A stretch of DNA of 64,000 nt, taken from the human T2T-CHM13v2.0 reference genome, Homo sapiens. Positions 24,294 to 63,480 of the stretch are shown piece by piece (the stretch's first letter is position 1; each line of letters opens with the position of its first letter). The notes beneath the pieces were generated by a model. The model was not told the DNA's origin, ran no database searches, and saw only the letters and a list, made by a program, of their open reading frames with translations. The stretch lies in assembly GCF_009914755.1 (NCBI RefSeq), contig NC_060935.1. One strand, given 5' to 3'. A program made the translations under genes and the position numbers.

Positions 24294-24428
24294 TAAACAG
24301 GAATTTATCCTAAGGAAATAATCTGATGTATAGAAGAATGAAATATCCAAGCACGTTCATCACTGTGATGTTGCAGTAGTAAAGACTTGAAAACAAAAGA
24401 AATGTTAAAGTTGGGGGGAGATGGTTAA

Positions 24429-24809
<381 letters not shown>

Positions 24810-24999
24810 TGAAAATAGGTATTTTTAAATGTGAAATAAAAACGAGAATGTCAGGCTTATGCTTCCATTAATGTTAGCTTAGGTTGTTTTGAACCAAATA
24901 TACTGCTAATAGCAAGAAAACTTAGAAGACATAGAATTGTTATCAAGACAGTGAGAAATTATGCCAAATTTGGGAAGTTGAGGAGAGCTGTGAGAAATT

Positions 25000-25400
25000 T
25001 ATTTTCATGTAATGTGTAAGGGATCTAGTTTTATTTTTTCTCATATGGATAACAAAGTTTTCAATAGTTTTTCTTTTGTATTCTTGATTTGTAATGTCAC
25101 CGCTGATACTGAATTTCCTTGTGTGCATGTGTGAGTCTGTTTCTGGACTTTCTGTTCCACTAGTTTGTCCACAGAAAAGTCCATGTAAATAGAAAGCACA
25201 AACAAGTTGTTAGGAATAAATCCAAATTTATTTGTATGACAAACACAAAATGGACTAAACTTACCAGTTAGAAAACAATGATTGTTACATTGGATTTTTA
25301 AATTCTATCTATATGATCTTTAAAAGAAACACTTAAAACATAACTCAGAAAAGTTGAAAGTGAAAGATGGTACAAAGAATTGCCAGGCAAATTCTGAGAG
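25000..25400. mobile_element. Old L1M fragments in opposite orientations
   Basis: Antisense L1-like GTCTGTTTCTGGACTTTCTGTTCCA, then sense ORF2-endonuclease-like AATGGACTAAACTTACCAGTTAGAA...AAGTTGAAAGTGAAAGATGG. Confidence 0.5.
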
Positions 25401-25490
25401 TCCAAATGTAGGACTCTCAGCTCTATGCTTTACTGGGTCCAAGGCCTCTCTGTTCCTGTTCCTCAAGCGGTTGTTAAAACTCAAACCCCA

Positions 25491-26480
<990 letters not shown>

Positions 26481-26541
26481 ATTGTGGGGATCAGCAGTAT
26501 ATTTAAAAGTAATTTGCCATATTTCATCTAGCATGTTTTAG

Positions 26542-27066
<525 letters not shown>

Positions 27067-27609
27067 TAATGGAGAAATACTACACAAATAATTATGCAGG
27101 TCTGTGACTGCCTGAATGGGTAACACATAGAAGTAGTTGAGTTGGTTTTAATTTTATGTTAGTAGGAATGGAAAGTTGACATTTGATTTAAAGGTATAGT
27201 TTATATAAAAGGTTGCCATGGATGACGTTGTACTATCCCTAACTCTGATTGATTTGCTTACCTCTGAAAAATCATTTACTGATAGTAATGAAAATGAGTT
27301 GGAGGCAGTAGGTCCTTTGGAGAACCTGAAGATCATGAAAGTTTGTGGGCAGGTGGGAGTTTGGAAGAAAGAAGACTGGGGTTAAGTGGAGTTTGGGAGT
27401 AAATAAGAGGCCGATCTTGCCAAAAGCTGTAGCATATTAGGTAAATTTATATGTGGGATAATAGGGGAAAAAGCCACTAGTTTAACTTTTTAAAACATGA
27501 AGCAAAGTGAAATGACATTTTCTTTATAGGTAAAAGTAACTTTTCAAATAAAATAGGTAGAGGTGAATGCAGTTAATTCAATAAATATTTGAAGGATCAC
27601 TATGTATTC

Positions 27610-29742
<2,133 letters not shown>

Positions 29743-30100
29743 TATTTTATATGTATTCTCACAATAAAGTGTGCTAGAGAAAAGAAAATGTTACTAAAAT
29801 CATAAGGAAGATAAAACATTTATTATTCAGTAAGTGGAAATGGATCCTCATAAAGGTCTTCATCCTCATTGTCTTCAGGTTGAATAGGCTGAGGAGGAGG
29901 AGTAGGAAGAGGAGGGGTTGGCTGCTGTCTTGGTACTGAAAATTCCAGTACTGGTTTTTCTGTGGTAGAGGCAGAATAGGTGGAGGGGGTGGAAGGGGAG
30001 GCAGGAGAGGCAGGCACACTTGGTGTGACTTATAATGAAAAAAAAGTCTGTGTATAAGTGAATCCACACAGTTAAACCCATGTTGTTAAGGCTCAACTAT
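29743..30100 (-). mobile_element. Second Tigger2a-like element, one end missing
   Basis: Aligns by eye with 18900-19360 (TAAGTGGAA..GGATC..., GGCAGGCACACTTGGT, AAACCCATGTTGTT). Confidence 0.82.
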
Positions 30101-30965
30101 ATCTAATTTGCCGTTACCAAATGACTTCAGTACATGTTGACAAGTTCTTTTGCCTCTTTTTAAACCTCACTGTCAGTGTGCCTGTCTGTATCAATTTTAT
30201 TCCCCCTAACATGAGGCTTTTAATATTTTATGGATTTGATTTGTACAAATTATATGTAAAATGAGAGTAAACAGATTTCAAGTGAGAATCAAGGAGTTCA
30301 TTTTTTCAATCAACTTTCTCAGGTTGAAAGGGTTTTTGTAAATAGGGAAAAATATATAGGGTTTTTGCGAATGATCTTTGTGGTCTTTTTGATTACTTAG
30401 AGGTTTTTTTTTCCTATTCAGTTTTTAAATTGAGATATAATTCACATACCATAAAATTTGCCCTTTTAAAGTGTACAATTTAGTGGTTTTTAGTGTATTC
30501 GCAAAGTCAGGCAACCATCACCCCTCTGTAATTCCAGAACATTTTCACCCCCCAACAGGAAACCCCACTCCCATTAGCAGTCACTCTTTGTTCCTCTCTC
30601 TGGATCTCCCCTGGCGCTTGGTAATCACTAATACCTGCTTTCTGTCTATGTGGATTTGCCTGCTCTGGACGTTTCGTGTTAAGTGGAATCACATAACGGT
30701 GGCCTTTTGTGGTTTTTTTTTGTGTGTCTTCTTTCGCTTAGAATGTTTTTACAATTCACCCATATTGTAGCATGTATTGGTACCTCATTCCTTTTTATGG
30801 CTAAGTCATATTTCAATGTATGGATATACCATATTTTGTTTATGATATTTTTGTCATTTCTACTTTTTGGCTACTACTGAATAATGTTGCTATGATTATG
30901 TGCCAGTTTTTGTATGGCTATAGCCATATAAACATATATACATATATGTTTTCACTTCTTTTGAG

Positions 30966-30993
30966 TATATATATATATATATATATATATATA
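30966..30993. repeat. (TA)14 microsatellite
   Basis: Counted directly. Confidence 0.93.
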
Positions 30994-31239
30994 CCCATAG
31001 GAGTGGAATTGCTGAGTCATATGGTAATTCTGTGTTCAACTTTTGAGTAACCTCCAAACTATTTCCACAGTAGCTGTACCATTTTTCTTTCCCCTAGCAA
31101 TGTATGTGGGTTCTGATTTTTTGCTAACAATTGCTATTGACTTTTTTTATTACAGCTATTCTACTAGGGGTAAAGTGGTGTCTTGAGGTTTTGAAATGCA
31201 TGTGAATACTTTTTCATGTGCCTCTTGGATGTTTGTATA

Positions 31240-31580
31240 TAGTTGTCCCCCTTTATCCTCAGTTTAACCTTCCTTGGATTCAGTTACTGGCAGTCAACCA
31301 TGGTTTGAAAATATTAAATGGAAAATTCTAGAAATAATTCATAAATTTTGAATTGCATGCCCTTCAGAGTAGTGTGATGTAATTTCACAACGTTCTACTT
31401 TATCCCAGCTGGGATGCAAAGCATCCCTTTGTACAGCATCTCCATGCTGTATACACTAGCACCTATTAGTCACCTAGTAGCTATCTTAGTTATCAGAGTG
31501 AGAAAACATAATATACACAGGGTTCAGTACTATCTGTGGTTTCAGGCATCTGCACATCTTGGAATGCAAAGGGGGACTAT
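31240..31580. mobile_element. MER44A-like Tigger7 MITE inside the L1
   Basis: Shares TGAAAATATTAAATGGAAAATTC and TTAGTCACCTAGTAG with 12799-13080; L1 sequence resumes on both sides. Confidence 0.78.
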
Positions 31581-32266
31581 TTATCTTCTTTGGAGAAACA
31601 TCTATTCAAATCCTTTGCCCATTTTAAAGTTGCATTATTTGTCTTTTCATTGTTGAGTTGTAAGATTTTCCTTCATATTCTGGATGCTAGACCAGATACA
31701 TGATTTGCAAAACTTTACTCCCATTCTGTGGGTCATCTTTTCACTTTCTTAACAGTATGCCTTGAATCACAAAAGTTTTTAATTATGGTGAAGACCAATA
31801 TTTATTTGGTTTTTGTACTTTTAAGAAATTATTGCCTAATTCAAGGTCATGAGGCCTGTTTTTTCCTATTTTATAGTTTTACCTCTTGTATTTAGGTCTT
31901 TGATCCATTTTTGAGTTAATTTTTGTATATGGTATGAGGTAGAGGTCCAACTTGATTCTCTTGCATGTGGATATCCCTTTGTCTCAGCACCATCTGTTGA
32001 AAAGTCTGTCCTTTTTAATTGCATGGACTTGTTGCCATTTTAGGAAGGAAGTAAGTTGACCATAAGTGTAAGGGTTTATTTCTGGACTCTCAGTTTCATT
32101 TCATTAATCTACATATCTATCTTAATGCTAGTACCACACCATCTTGATTACTGTAGCTTTGTACTAAAGCTTTGGAATCAAGAAGTGTGAGTTCCTCAGC
32201 TTTGTTTTTCAAGATTGTTTTGGCTGCTATTCTGGATCCATTGTATTTCTTTTTTTTTTGAGATGA

Positions 32267-32365
<99 letters not shown>

Positions 32366-32883
32366 TGAGTAGCTGGGATTACAGGTGTGCACCAACAATC
32401 CCAGCTAATTTTTGCATTTTCACTAGAGACGGGGTTTCACCATGTTGGTCAGGCTGGTCTTGAACTCCTGACCTCAAGTGATCTGCCCACTGCAGCCTCC
32501 CAAAATGCTGGCAGGTGTGAGCCACTGTGCCCAGCCTCCCTTGAATTTCTGCATGAATTTAGAATCAGCCTGTCAATTTGATCCCAAATACAATTTTTTT
32601 TTTTTTAATAGATAGAGTCTTGCTCCGTCACCCAGGCTGGAGTACAGTGGCATGACCTTGGCTCTGCCTCCCGGGTTCAAGCGATTCTCCTGCCTCAGCC
32701 TCCTGAGTAGCTGGGATTACAGACATGCACCACAACCCCTGGCTAAGTTTTCTATTTTTAGTAGGGATGGGGCTTTACCATGTTGGCCAGGCTGGTCTCG
32801 AACTCCTGGCCTCATGTGACCCGCCCGCCTCGGCCTCCCAAAGTGCCGGGATTGCAGGAGTGAGCCACTGTGCCCGACCCCTA

Positions 32884-33193
<310 letters not shown>

Positions 33194-34379
33194 TCATCTC
33201 AAGTAAACAAGAGCAGCAGGAATTTTGGTAGATATTGTATTAGATCTGCCGATCATTTTGGGGATTACTGCCATCTTAACAATACTGTTTTCCGCTACAT
33301 GAATACTGGATATATTTCCACTTATATTTTTATTCATTTTTGTCTTTGTTGTTTTAGACAGAGTCTCACTCTGTTGTTGCCCAGGCTGGAGTACAGTGAC
33401 TCAATCTCAGCTCACTGCAACCTTCACCTCCCAAGCTCAGGTGATCCTCCCACCTCAGTCTCCCTAGTAGCTGGGACCACAGGTGCGCACCATCATGCCT
33501 GGCTAATTTTTGTATTTTTTTGTAGACACGAGGTTTCGTCGTGTTGCCCATGCCGGTCTCAAACTCCTGGGCTCAAGCAATCTGCCCATCTCCACCTCAC
33601 AAAGTGCTGGGATTATAGGCATGAGCCACCTTGCCTGGCCTTACTTATATCTTCTTTAATGTATTTCAGTAATGTTTTGTAGTTTTCAGTGTTCAAGTTT
33701 TTTGCCTTCTTAGTTAAGTTTATTCCTATTTTGTTCATTTTGATGCTATTGTAAATGGAATTGTTAATTTTAGGTTCATATATAGAAACATAGTTGACTT
33801 CTGTATGTTGATCTGGTACTCCACAACTTTGCAGAACTTACTTATTGGCTCTAGTAGCTTTTTAGTAGGTTCCTTAGGCTTTCCTAGATACCAGATCATG
33901 TCACATGCAATTAGAGGTAGTTTTACTTCTTCCTTTTCTTTCTGCATGCATTTTATCTCTTTTTCTTGCCTAATTATTCTTGGCTATGTTGAATAGGAAT
34001 ATCAGGAGTGGCCATCTTTGTCTTTTTGGTATTGAGGAGGAAAATGTTCAGCCTTTCACCATTGAGTATATTAGCTGTGAGATTTTTGTAAAGGCTTTTC
34101 ATCAGGTTAAAGAAGTTTCCTTACATGTCTTGTTTTTCAGTTTTTGGTTGTTGTTTTTTTTTTGCTTTTTTGTTTTATCATAAACAGTTGTTAGAGACCT
34201 TTTATGTTTCATTCGTGGTTTTTCTTTTTTTGATAGGTGAGTTGTGGACAGCTGAGTGCTAGTTAAATATAGTACATAGAAAGAATCTTGAAAAGAAAAC
34301 TAGTTTGAATAAGCCAAAGTAGAAACTTGTTGACTCATAAAATTCTAGAAAAAATGAGTATCTTAAATTGCACTAAAGA

Positions 34380-39599
<5,220 letters not shown>

Positions 39600-39603
39600 T
39601 AAT

Positions 39604-41567
<1,964 letters not shown>

Positions 41568-41569
41568 CC

Positions 41570-48825
<7,256 letters not shown>

Positions 48826-48956
48826 AAGTCATGTTCACTGAATTATACACTTAAAAATGCTTAAAATAGTAAATTTTGGTAAGTATATTTTACCACAATA
48901 TTTAAAAAAGAAATGTCACAATTTAAAGTCCATTGAAATTTTCTTTTATGTAAGTG

Positions 48957-49230
48957 CAACCATGTATTGCTAACGACAGGATGCATTTTGAGAAATGTAT
49001 TGCTGCCTGATTTAGTTGTTGTGTGAACGTCATAGAGTGTACTTACAGAAACCTAGATGATACAGCCGCCCACACACCTAGGCTATACGGTAGAGCTTAT
49101 TGCTCATAGGCTACCAACCTGTACAGCATGTTACTGTACTGAGTACTGTAGACAGTTGTAACACAATGGTAAGTATGTATTTTAACATGTAAACATAGAA
49201 AAGGTGCAGTAAAAATGTGGTATTATAATC
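48957..49230. mobile_element. Tigger3a (MER7)-like element truncated at an Alu (-, 49230-49533)
   Basis: GTGTGAACGTCATAGAGTGTACTTACA..AACCTAGATG, ACACACCTAGGCTATA, AACCTGTACAGCATGTTACTGTACTGA. Confidence 0.82.
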
Positions 49231-50534
49231 TTTTTTTATCTTTTTTTTTTTTGAGACAGAGTCTCGTCCTGTCGCCCAGGCTGGAATGCAGTGGTGCCAT
49301 CTTGGCTCACGGCAGCCTCCGCCTCCCAGGTTCAAGCAATTCTCCTGCCTCAGACTCCTGAGTAGCTGGGATTACAGGTGTGCACCACCACGCCCAGCTA
49401 ATTTTTGTATTTTTAGTAGAGACGGGGTTTTGCCATGTTGGCCAGGCTGGTCTGAAACTCCTGACCTCAGGTGATCCTCCCACCTCAGCCTCCCAAAGTG
49501 CTGGGATTACAGGTGTGAGCCACCACGTCTGGCTGCGAGTATTTTTTGAGAACTTGTTCTCAGTAGATTCATGGTGAGCATCAGTGACATCATTTAGACT
49601 GGAATTCATGGGTAGAAGTAGGAGCAGGTACACAGTTCTCCTATTCTCTTGGTGTCCTGTGGAGTGGCGTGCTTGGATTGGGGCATAGGTGGATGTACCA
49701 TGAGACTGGGCTCCATGAAAGAATTCTGCCTGCCTTCCCCTAACCTTCTTTATGGGATTGAGCGTGATAAGTGAAGTTAAAAAGCGTGAGTTTGGGTACT
49801 GACTTTACAGGAGTTGCTGACAACTAGTGCCCTGGTACCTAGAGACTGTGTGGAGCTTCGGGAAGGTGCTTTGGAGAAACTCCTGGCCAGAGGGAGGGAG
49901 GAGCCAGGAGCCCCAGATCCTCATTAGCTCTTTGCTAAGCAATCCAGAAAGAACAAAAAGATCAGTTGGCCAAATTTGGTAATCCAGGTGAGATCATGAT
50001 GGCTTGGACTAAGGTAACAACTCGACTAAGATGGAGATAAAAAGCTGTTGGCACTGTGAGATGATTATATGTTTTTTCCCTGTATTATGTTACTGCAGTG
50101 AATTGTTCATAAATTTGCAAAGTTAAACCATCCTTGCATAAATTCTAGTCTGTAATTATATATTTATAATTATATAAAAATACATATTTTACTATTTCTC
50201 TGGATTCTAGTAATCATTTAGGACTTTTTCCATCTATATTGGTAAGTCAAGCTAGTACATATAAATTTTTTCATGGTCTTTGTCTCATTACGGAAGTAAT
50301 CAAAATGAGTTATTTATCTTCCTGTATTTGTGAACAGTTTGTAAAAGAGTTTGCTTTTGCAGGGTACATTTAGCAAAATTCTATAATATATCACAGCTTA
50401 ATGTTTGTGCTTATGCACAAATGAATGTATGTCTATATATGAATGATGGAGAATGGATTTTGATACCTATTCTATTTAATGGTTATTGTTTTATTCAGGG
50501 TTTAAAATGGCCCATTTCCCCTTAATTTATACTT

Positions 50535-51113
<579 letters not shown>

Positions 51114-51174
51114 ATATTTGTACATTTTGAAGATTTTTACTGATTTATCATGATAGATTTAAGTTGATGCTCTT

Positions 51175-53934
<2,760 letters not shown>

Positions 53935-54829
53935 TAAGTTGGTAGTCTTATGTGGCTTTAAGTTTCTTGTATTCTGCTTAAGATACATTTGTGATTTTTT
54001 TCTCCCATGTATTGTTTATTCTTATGTTTTTCCCCATTTATTGAATATACCTCTGCTTATTTGACAATACTGAAATTTTGTGTATTTACTTATATATTAG
54101 AGCCACTATGCAAAAGTAAACAGTATTTACTAAATTTATGTGAATTTAGTAAACACAGTAAATACTATTTACTTTTGCATAGGGGCTCTAATGTTCAAGT
54201 TCCATATAAATATAAATATTTCTGGTGGGAGAATTATGATAGATACCACTGGATGGGTGTTAGAACTCCCCAAAATTGATAATTTTTGAGGTGCTAAGAT
54301 ACTAAATGTGTTTTCATCAAGCTTATATAAAAGATACTGAGAAACAAAGATTGGGTCTCAAAGAGATGGCATTAGTTTCTGCCTTAGGTGAGAACAACTA
54401 AAAAATTGGCATCGTTTTCTTATAAATATAGCTCATTTGGGACATGGATTGTATTTCCAAATACCTGTCACATGGATTTATTCTGCCTTTTGTAGGAGAA
54501 ACCTGTAATATTGTTCTTTTGTATCCTTCCGATTCTATCTCACTTACCTCCACACTCTTCTCAAAGGGGGAAACTCAGTTTCAGCTTGATTATCTTGTAC
54601 AAGGGCACTAGCAAATGGACCGTTCCATTCCCAGAGATGCCAACAATCTTACACAGATTATTCACAAATCTGTTTTCCCAAGCTACCTGCTAGTTATACT
54701 CATGTTAGTATCTTCCCACACTCAAAATACCTGAACACTGAATGTATCCTCTTCATCAGCAAACCAACTTCCTCTTTCATGTCCCGTTACTGAGTTAGTA
54801 CTGTATAATGTAGTGAGTAGTGATGATGA

Positions 54830-55846
<1,017 letters not shown>

Positions 55847-56719
55847 TCTAGATTCTTTTCCATGGAACATTTATTGAAGATTTCTCTAGTTTTTGTCCCT
55901 TTTAATAGTCTTATATTCGGACAGAGAACATTCCATGTTCTTTCTCAAGTTTTGCAAAGCTTAGTATTAGCTACTCTGTTTATTTGTTCAGGGAAATGCT
56001 ATGTTTAAATGGAAATCGATGTCTAAGTTACATACTCAGGAGTTAAATAATTAATGGTAACTAGATATAGACTTTCTACATATTTGATTAGATTCTATTA
56101 GTGCTGTCTCAGTATAATTTGTATCTGTATATTTTAAGTTGATTGCATTAGCTTTCTAAAAGGTGCTTGGTGGTGGTTGTCATTTGTTGAGGGAGAGGGT
56201 ATGAGAAGTTTTAAAGATTTCAGCATTATCTTACTGATATGTTTGTATATGTCTTTAAGGAACTGGTGTAGAGAAGTAGTAACCAGTACTGAGGGTTAAT
56301 ATGCTTTCAATTGTGGGCAAATGCTCCAGTGCATGTAATTCTACTTATTAAAGTTGTCTTTCAGAGCTCGGGTTAAGTGAACTCAAAAGTTATTTTGAAA
56401 TACAGAGAAATCTGATTAAACAGGACCGTGAAGTAACATAGCTAGTGAACACTTGCTAAATGTTCACAATGATTGTTTTGAACCATTTTTGTTTTTTTCT
56501 AACCACACTGAAAACTAAAGATACTAATGTAAAATATTTGTGCTTTAATGAGAATGTATTAGAGTCATTTAAAAATATTATTGACTCTTGTATAAGTGAT
56601 TTTTTTAAAAAAGATATAAGAAAGAAGGTGTGGAGAAGTAAATATTTTTCACTAATAGCTTCACCTGCAGAATCATGGCATGCAAACACTAAGTGATCGA
56701 GTTGAACATTTTCAGTGAT

Positions 56720-57203
56720 ACCATGTAGATATTATGACTTGATGTGTTGAGAAGGGCACTTCACCTCTGTTATTCTTTCCATAAACTCGTAACTCCAGTC
56801 AAAATATCAGAAAGACAGACAGACACACTGAGAGACATCCTTTAAAATACTTGAACAGCGCTCAGAACTGTCATGAAAAACAAGGAAAGACTAAGAAATG
56901 ATTACAGACCAGAGGAGACTAAGGAGATAGGGTGAGTAAATGTAAAGTGGTATCCTTGATTGGATCCTGGAATAGATAAAAACATTAGTGGAAAAAACTG
57001 GTGAAGCCTGGATATAGCCTGGGATTCAGTTAGTACTACCATACTGATGTTGGTTTCTTAGTTTTGAAGAATGTCCCACAGTAATATAAGATGGTAACAT
57101 TAGGGGAAACTGAAACTGGATTTGGGTTTTATGGGAACTCCCTGCGTGGTCTTTATAACTTTTCTGTAGATGTAGAATTATTCTGAAATTAAAAATTTGT
57201 CAA
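56720..57203 (+). mobile_element. Old L1MD/L1ME-type 3' end
   Basis: AAAAACAAGGAAAGACTAAGAAA...GGAGACTAAGGAGA...GATTGGATCCTGGAA...TAACATTAGGGGAAACTG...AACTTTTCTGTA. Confidence 0.7.
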
Positions 57204-57214
57204 AAGTAGGTAAT

Positions 57215-58030
57215 ATTTTCCAGTTCAGTTCTACAAATGTATTGAATGCCTGTTATGTGCCCAGTGTGACCAGGGTTGCAGGGGATAAAGTGTGTAAGAG
57301 ATACTTTCCCTGCCTCTGCCCTTAAGGAGTTGTCTTCCAGATTGGGGAATAAGACAATTAATATGAAGCAGAACGTGATGGAACCTGTGAAAAACTATGA
57401 GCAAGTTGCTGTAGGGGGTTCAGAAGCTGAGAGTAGACGTTAAATATAGACTGGAGAGTCCTCCCCAAGGAGGCAGTGTTTGAGAACTTTGAAGAATGGG
57501 CAGGATTTAGTAACCGTAGTCATTGGAAAGGAAATGTGTCATAACCAAAGAGCCCTGGCTCTTGAATTTCATAGACCTATGCTGCCCCTTACTAGCTTTG
57601 TGACCTTGCAAATTATTTAATGTCACTAAGTCTTTGTTTCTCATTTGTAAGATACGGTTAGTAATTCCTATTTCAAAGCATTATGAGAATTAAATGCACT
57701 TTATTTAGCTTAGTAAAGCATCTAATCCCTAGTAAACTCTTAGTGTTAACTGCTAGAGATGGAGAGAAGCATATATTGTTGATGCAGTACCAATACCACA
57801 GGCACAGAGCCTGGAAAGCGTAGATAGAGTGTTTGGTGGAACATTGACTGGTATTAGAAAGGTGAATTAGGACTACATTGTGAGTGCTTTCATGTATCAG
57901 GTCAGCAGTTTGAACTTTTTAAGTGGTAATTGAGAAGTCATTAAAGATTTTCATGTAGGGGGAGTAAGGAGATTGAGTCTGTTTTAGGATTAATTTGATA
58001 GAAATATGAGGGGAGTGTTGGAGGCTCTCA
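57215..58030. mobile_element. L2-like remnant with a MIR (~57540-57750)
   Basis: ACAAATGTATTGAATGCCTGTTATGTGCC (L2 end); CTTACTAGCTTTGTGACCTTG...TCTCATTTGTAA (MIR core). Confidence 0.6.
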
Positions 58031-58280
58031 TGTGGGTTGCTGCCTTCCCATTTACTTGGTGAGTTAGATGTGTCCCCTTTAGCTTTAGAATTCAGTGAAA
58101 CAGTTAGCTTGAAATGCTCTGGATGATTAGTAGGAATCTGTTACTGTGTAACTTGGGAATTTCAAAAGCAGGACCATGAGTATGTAGTATCAAATACACT
58201 TAATATGTGTTTAGTAAAAAGGGCCATTGCTATTTTTAGATGTATTGGCTGAGAACTCCTTTTGTAGGTGATGGTTTTCG

Positions 58281-58313
<33 letters not shown>

Positions 58314-58859
58314 CAGCTTAAGTCGATGATAAGAGTTAAACAGTACTTCATTGACTTCCTGTGAGGCTTTGTGGAAAACAGTTCCGTTGTATCTATTTTT
58401 AAAGCTGATTACTGTGAGCAGAGGATGCTGCTATTGAGTTATAAATGTCATCTCAGTATGTTCTCACTCAGCATTCTTTAGATGACACTAGTGTTTGGAT
58501 ATAAGGTTTCTGGAGTTTATCTGATAGGAAAAGCAGCAGTTATCACTGAAATAGTACCAGTAAATGAAATACTTAAAAGCAGTGATCATGTTACCCTTCA
58601 GCAGTATAATTATCATCATCTATATGAGTCTTAAGCCTATACCATCACTGAATGGCAAAAAATTGTAACCTTATTTTGGGAATATTTTGCAACCCTGTAA
58701 TCGTATTGTATAATGTTTTACAGCTTTTTTGTTAATCATTGTATTAAAAGTATTAAATCATCTTGGAATTTTCCTCTTGAGAACGATAGGATCATTTGAT
58801 TTACAAATATTGTTAAAATACACTTACCTGTAAATTATTGGGGGTTTTCTTCAGTGGAT

Positions 58860-60816
<1,957 letters not shown>

Positions 60817-62129
60817 TTAATTTATCTCCTCATACTGTATTTGGTTTCCTGTTTCCTCTTTCTCTTCAAAGTACCTTATGAGCAAGAGTTACAAGATAAC
60901 TTTTTCAGTATTCTATATAGTAGTGACTGTACTGGTCAAAATAGTTTCAGAGATTTTTCTGTTTACCTCATCATTCATATAAAGGCCACTTTTCACCTCC
61001 TGTCTTGCTTAAGATGGTGATTGTGATTCCTATGAAGTTGTATTTATATTTTTACTTTTGAAGCTAAAACAATAGCTATAGTTGCTCATTTAATTTTTAA
61101 GATACTTGTGTATTGGTGATATGTAAATCTTAGTTCTTTATTATGTGAAGTTGTACACAGGAAAATGCATAACATTGCTTTGGGCCTGAGGCACAAAGGT
61201 ACGTTGGCTTTGAAGGTAGGCCCTGAGGTAGAGAGAAAAGAAATGACACCAGTCTTGAATTAAAAAAAAAAGATACTGCATACAGAATCAGCATTTGATT
61301 ATGAGTAAGCTGTGAGAGGAAAAGAGAAGAGGAAGACGGAAGCTGTAGAGTAGAATTTGTAGTTCCGTAGATTTGGATGGTTAGAGCTGAAGGCGAAGGT
61401 TAGAGTGGAAGGCGAATGACCTCCTTCCTCAGCACTGTGTTACTGGGTTAGAGAAAAGCCAGTACTGCTCGCTGCTGCTGGAACTGAAGGAAGGAAAGTT
61501 CTGTCTTCAGGGTATTTACAAAAAGTTGAACAGTTGTGTTCCTTTGTGGATCTTTGGAGAATCGTTAGAACTCACTGTGTGAGTTAAGGTAACTGCTGAC
61601 AGAATTTTTTCAAGTATTGCTTACCATGTAAACTCAAATGTCTGTATCATACCTCATTCTTTTTACATGTTAAGACAGATTCTGCTGATTAAATTCTGCC
61701 CCATATACTGTAGACACTGAACCATAAGCTTCAGATTGGTTACAAAATGCTCTGACCCATGGACTTTTGTAAATTCATTATTTCCTTTTAAGAAGTATGA
61801 TGCTTACAGTGGATATCTCTGGTGGTTTTAAGAAATGTAAGCAGGCTTTTTGGAGGGATGCATTCTGGAGTAGGAAAATGTCTTAAATTGATTTCCCGTA
61901 ACAGTTTCAGTCAGCACTTTGAACTGCTCTTAGGTACCTGGTGCCATTACATCTTTGTGGTCAATAACTTTTTGTTTGTGTGGCTTACTTCACAAAATAA
62001 AAATGCTTTCTGTGTCCTGTTATTTTGGTATGCATATTTTATCTTTGATCCAACATAGTGCTAGGTACCTGGTAGATTTTCGGTAGAAAATTATTTTAAG
62101 AGCCAAAGATAACCAGCATGGTCCAGTTA

Positions 62130-63480
62130 TTCCAAGACCCACTCCCTGTATTCACTTCAGACTCAGCTTAAAAAGCAACACTCGATAAGGTCTCTGAGAC
62201 TACCCTCCCTAAACAGCAATCCTGCATGGCTTCTCATACTCTGTGTTATTCTTCCTCACAGCACTTTTCTCCTACCATCTGATAACACTCTCGTGGGAAT
62301 GTACATGTCATAAAAGCAAGAATTTTATTTTGTTCATTGCCATATTCACCCCGAGCCTAGCACATAGTAGGCACTCAAATGTTTTCTGAAGGTATATTGA
62401 TCATTAGAAATTTTTGCCGTTCGCTTGGCCCAGAGGGATATAAATACAAGTCAGAAATAGATTTAGCCATTGTGTACACAAATAGCTATAGTCAAAATGG
62501 GTTCAGATGATGTAAGAGAACTGCAGAGAAAACACTGGGATTGTTGAGCATTTTATTATGTCTAGCTGGCTCCTAAAGAAATGACATTTAAACTGGGTCT
62601 TATTTCAGACCAGAGAAACAGGCAAAGGCCGAGAAACAAAGAAGAGAGGCAGGTGTAAGAAAAGGTGAAGTACTTGGTTTGGCTAGAACATACTAGTGAA
62701 GAACTAAGAAGTTAGTTAGAAAGATAGGTTAGATCCAGGTCAATGGAAAGCCTTAAAATCCAAGCTGAGTTTGGATTTTATCCCATTGGCTGTGAAAATT
62801 GATTGTTTATTTTTTCCCTTCTTCAAAAGGCAGTTAAATGTCATAAGAATTGGATCTGCATAGAAAGAGACACTGAAGACCAAGGCTGGAATTTTAATTT
62901 TAATTTTAATTTTAATTATCACCAAGGAGTTTGCATTAGGCCAATACCACATAAATAGAAGGTAGGAATGACCACAGATTGGCAACAAATTGACTAGTCA
63001 GATATGGAGAACAAGGTAAATGAAAGAAGCTAAGAAGATTCTTCAGGTTTTGAACTTGTGGGAAGTAAGATGGTGTTGTCATTAAATACAGAAGTAAAGT
63101 ACATGAAGAAAGAGCAGATTTAAGAAAGATTAGTTTAATTCTGAACATGTTGCTTTGAGGTGCTAGCATTCGAGTGGAGGAAATGTGGTAGAGTAGATAG
63201 TTGGAAAAACTACCAAGGCCTAAGATTTGGGCATTGTTTGCTAAGTAGTTTTTAAAGCCCTGAGATTGCAAAGGAACAGGAGAGAGTACACGGAGAAAGA
63301 ACTGAAAATAGCAGAGAGCAGATTCTTGGGAAATACCGCTTAAGACGATGGGGGAGAAAAGCCAAGAAAGAACAAAAGGAAGTAGGAGAACCAAGAGAAG
63401 ACAACACTGCAAAACCCAAGGCAAGATCGTGTTCAGGAAGAAGTAGAATTCAAACCTGTTTGCTTCAGAAAGAGCTCTGG
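62130..63480. mobile_element. L2-like remnants
   Basis: GCCTAGCACATAGTAGGCACTCAAATGTTT; purine-rich L2-like body with CAGGTTTTGAACTTG...GATGGTGTTGTCATT...GAACATGTTGCTTTGAGGTGC. Confidence 0.55.

Noticed and set aside
29823-30017. Pro-rich/acidic minus-strand ORF (…PPLPTPPPQP…EDEDLYEDP) resembling an SH3/SH2-binding peptide
   Set aside because: It lies wholly inside the Tigger2a-like element; the homologous copy at 19140-19290 shows it is transposon sequence.
62936-63424. 162-aa hydrophobic minus-strand ORF
   Set aside because: Antisense reading of a purine-rich L2-like remnant, which naturally gives Leu/Phe/Ser-rich stop-poor frames.
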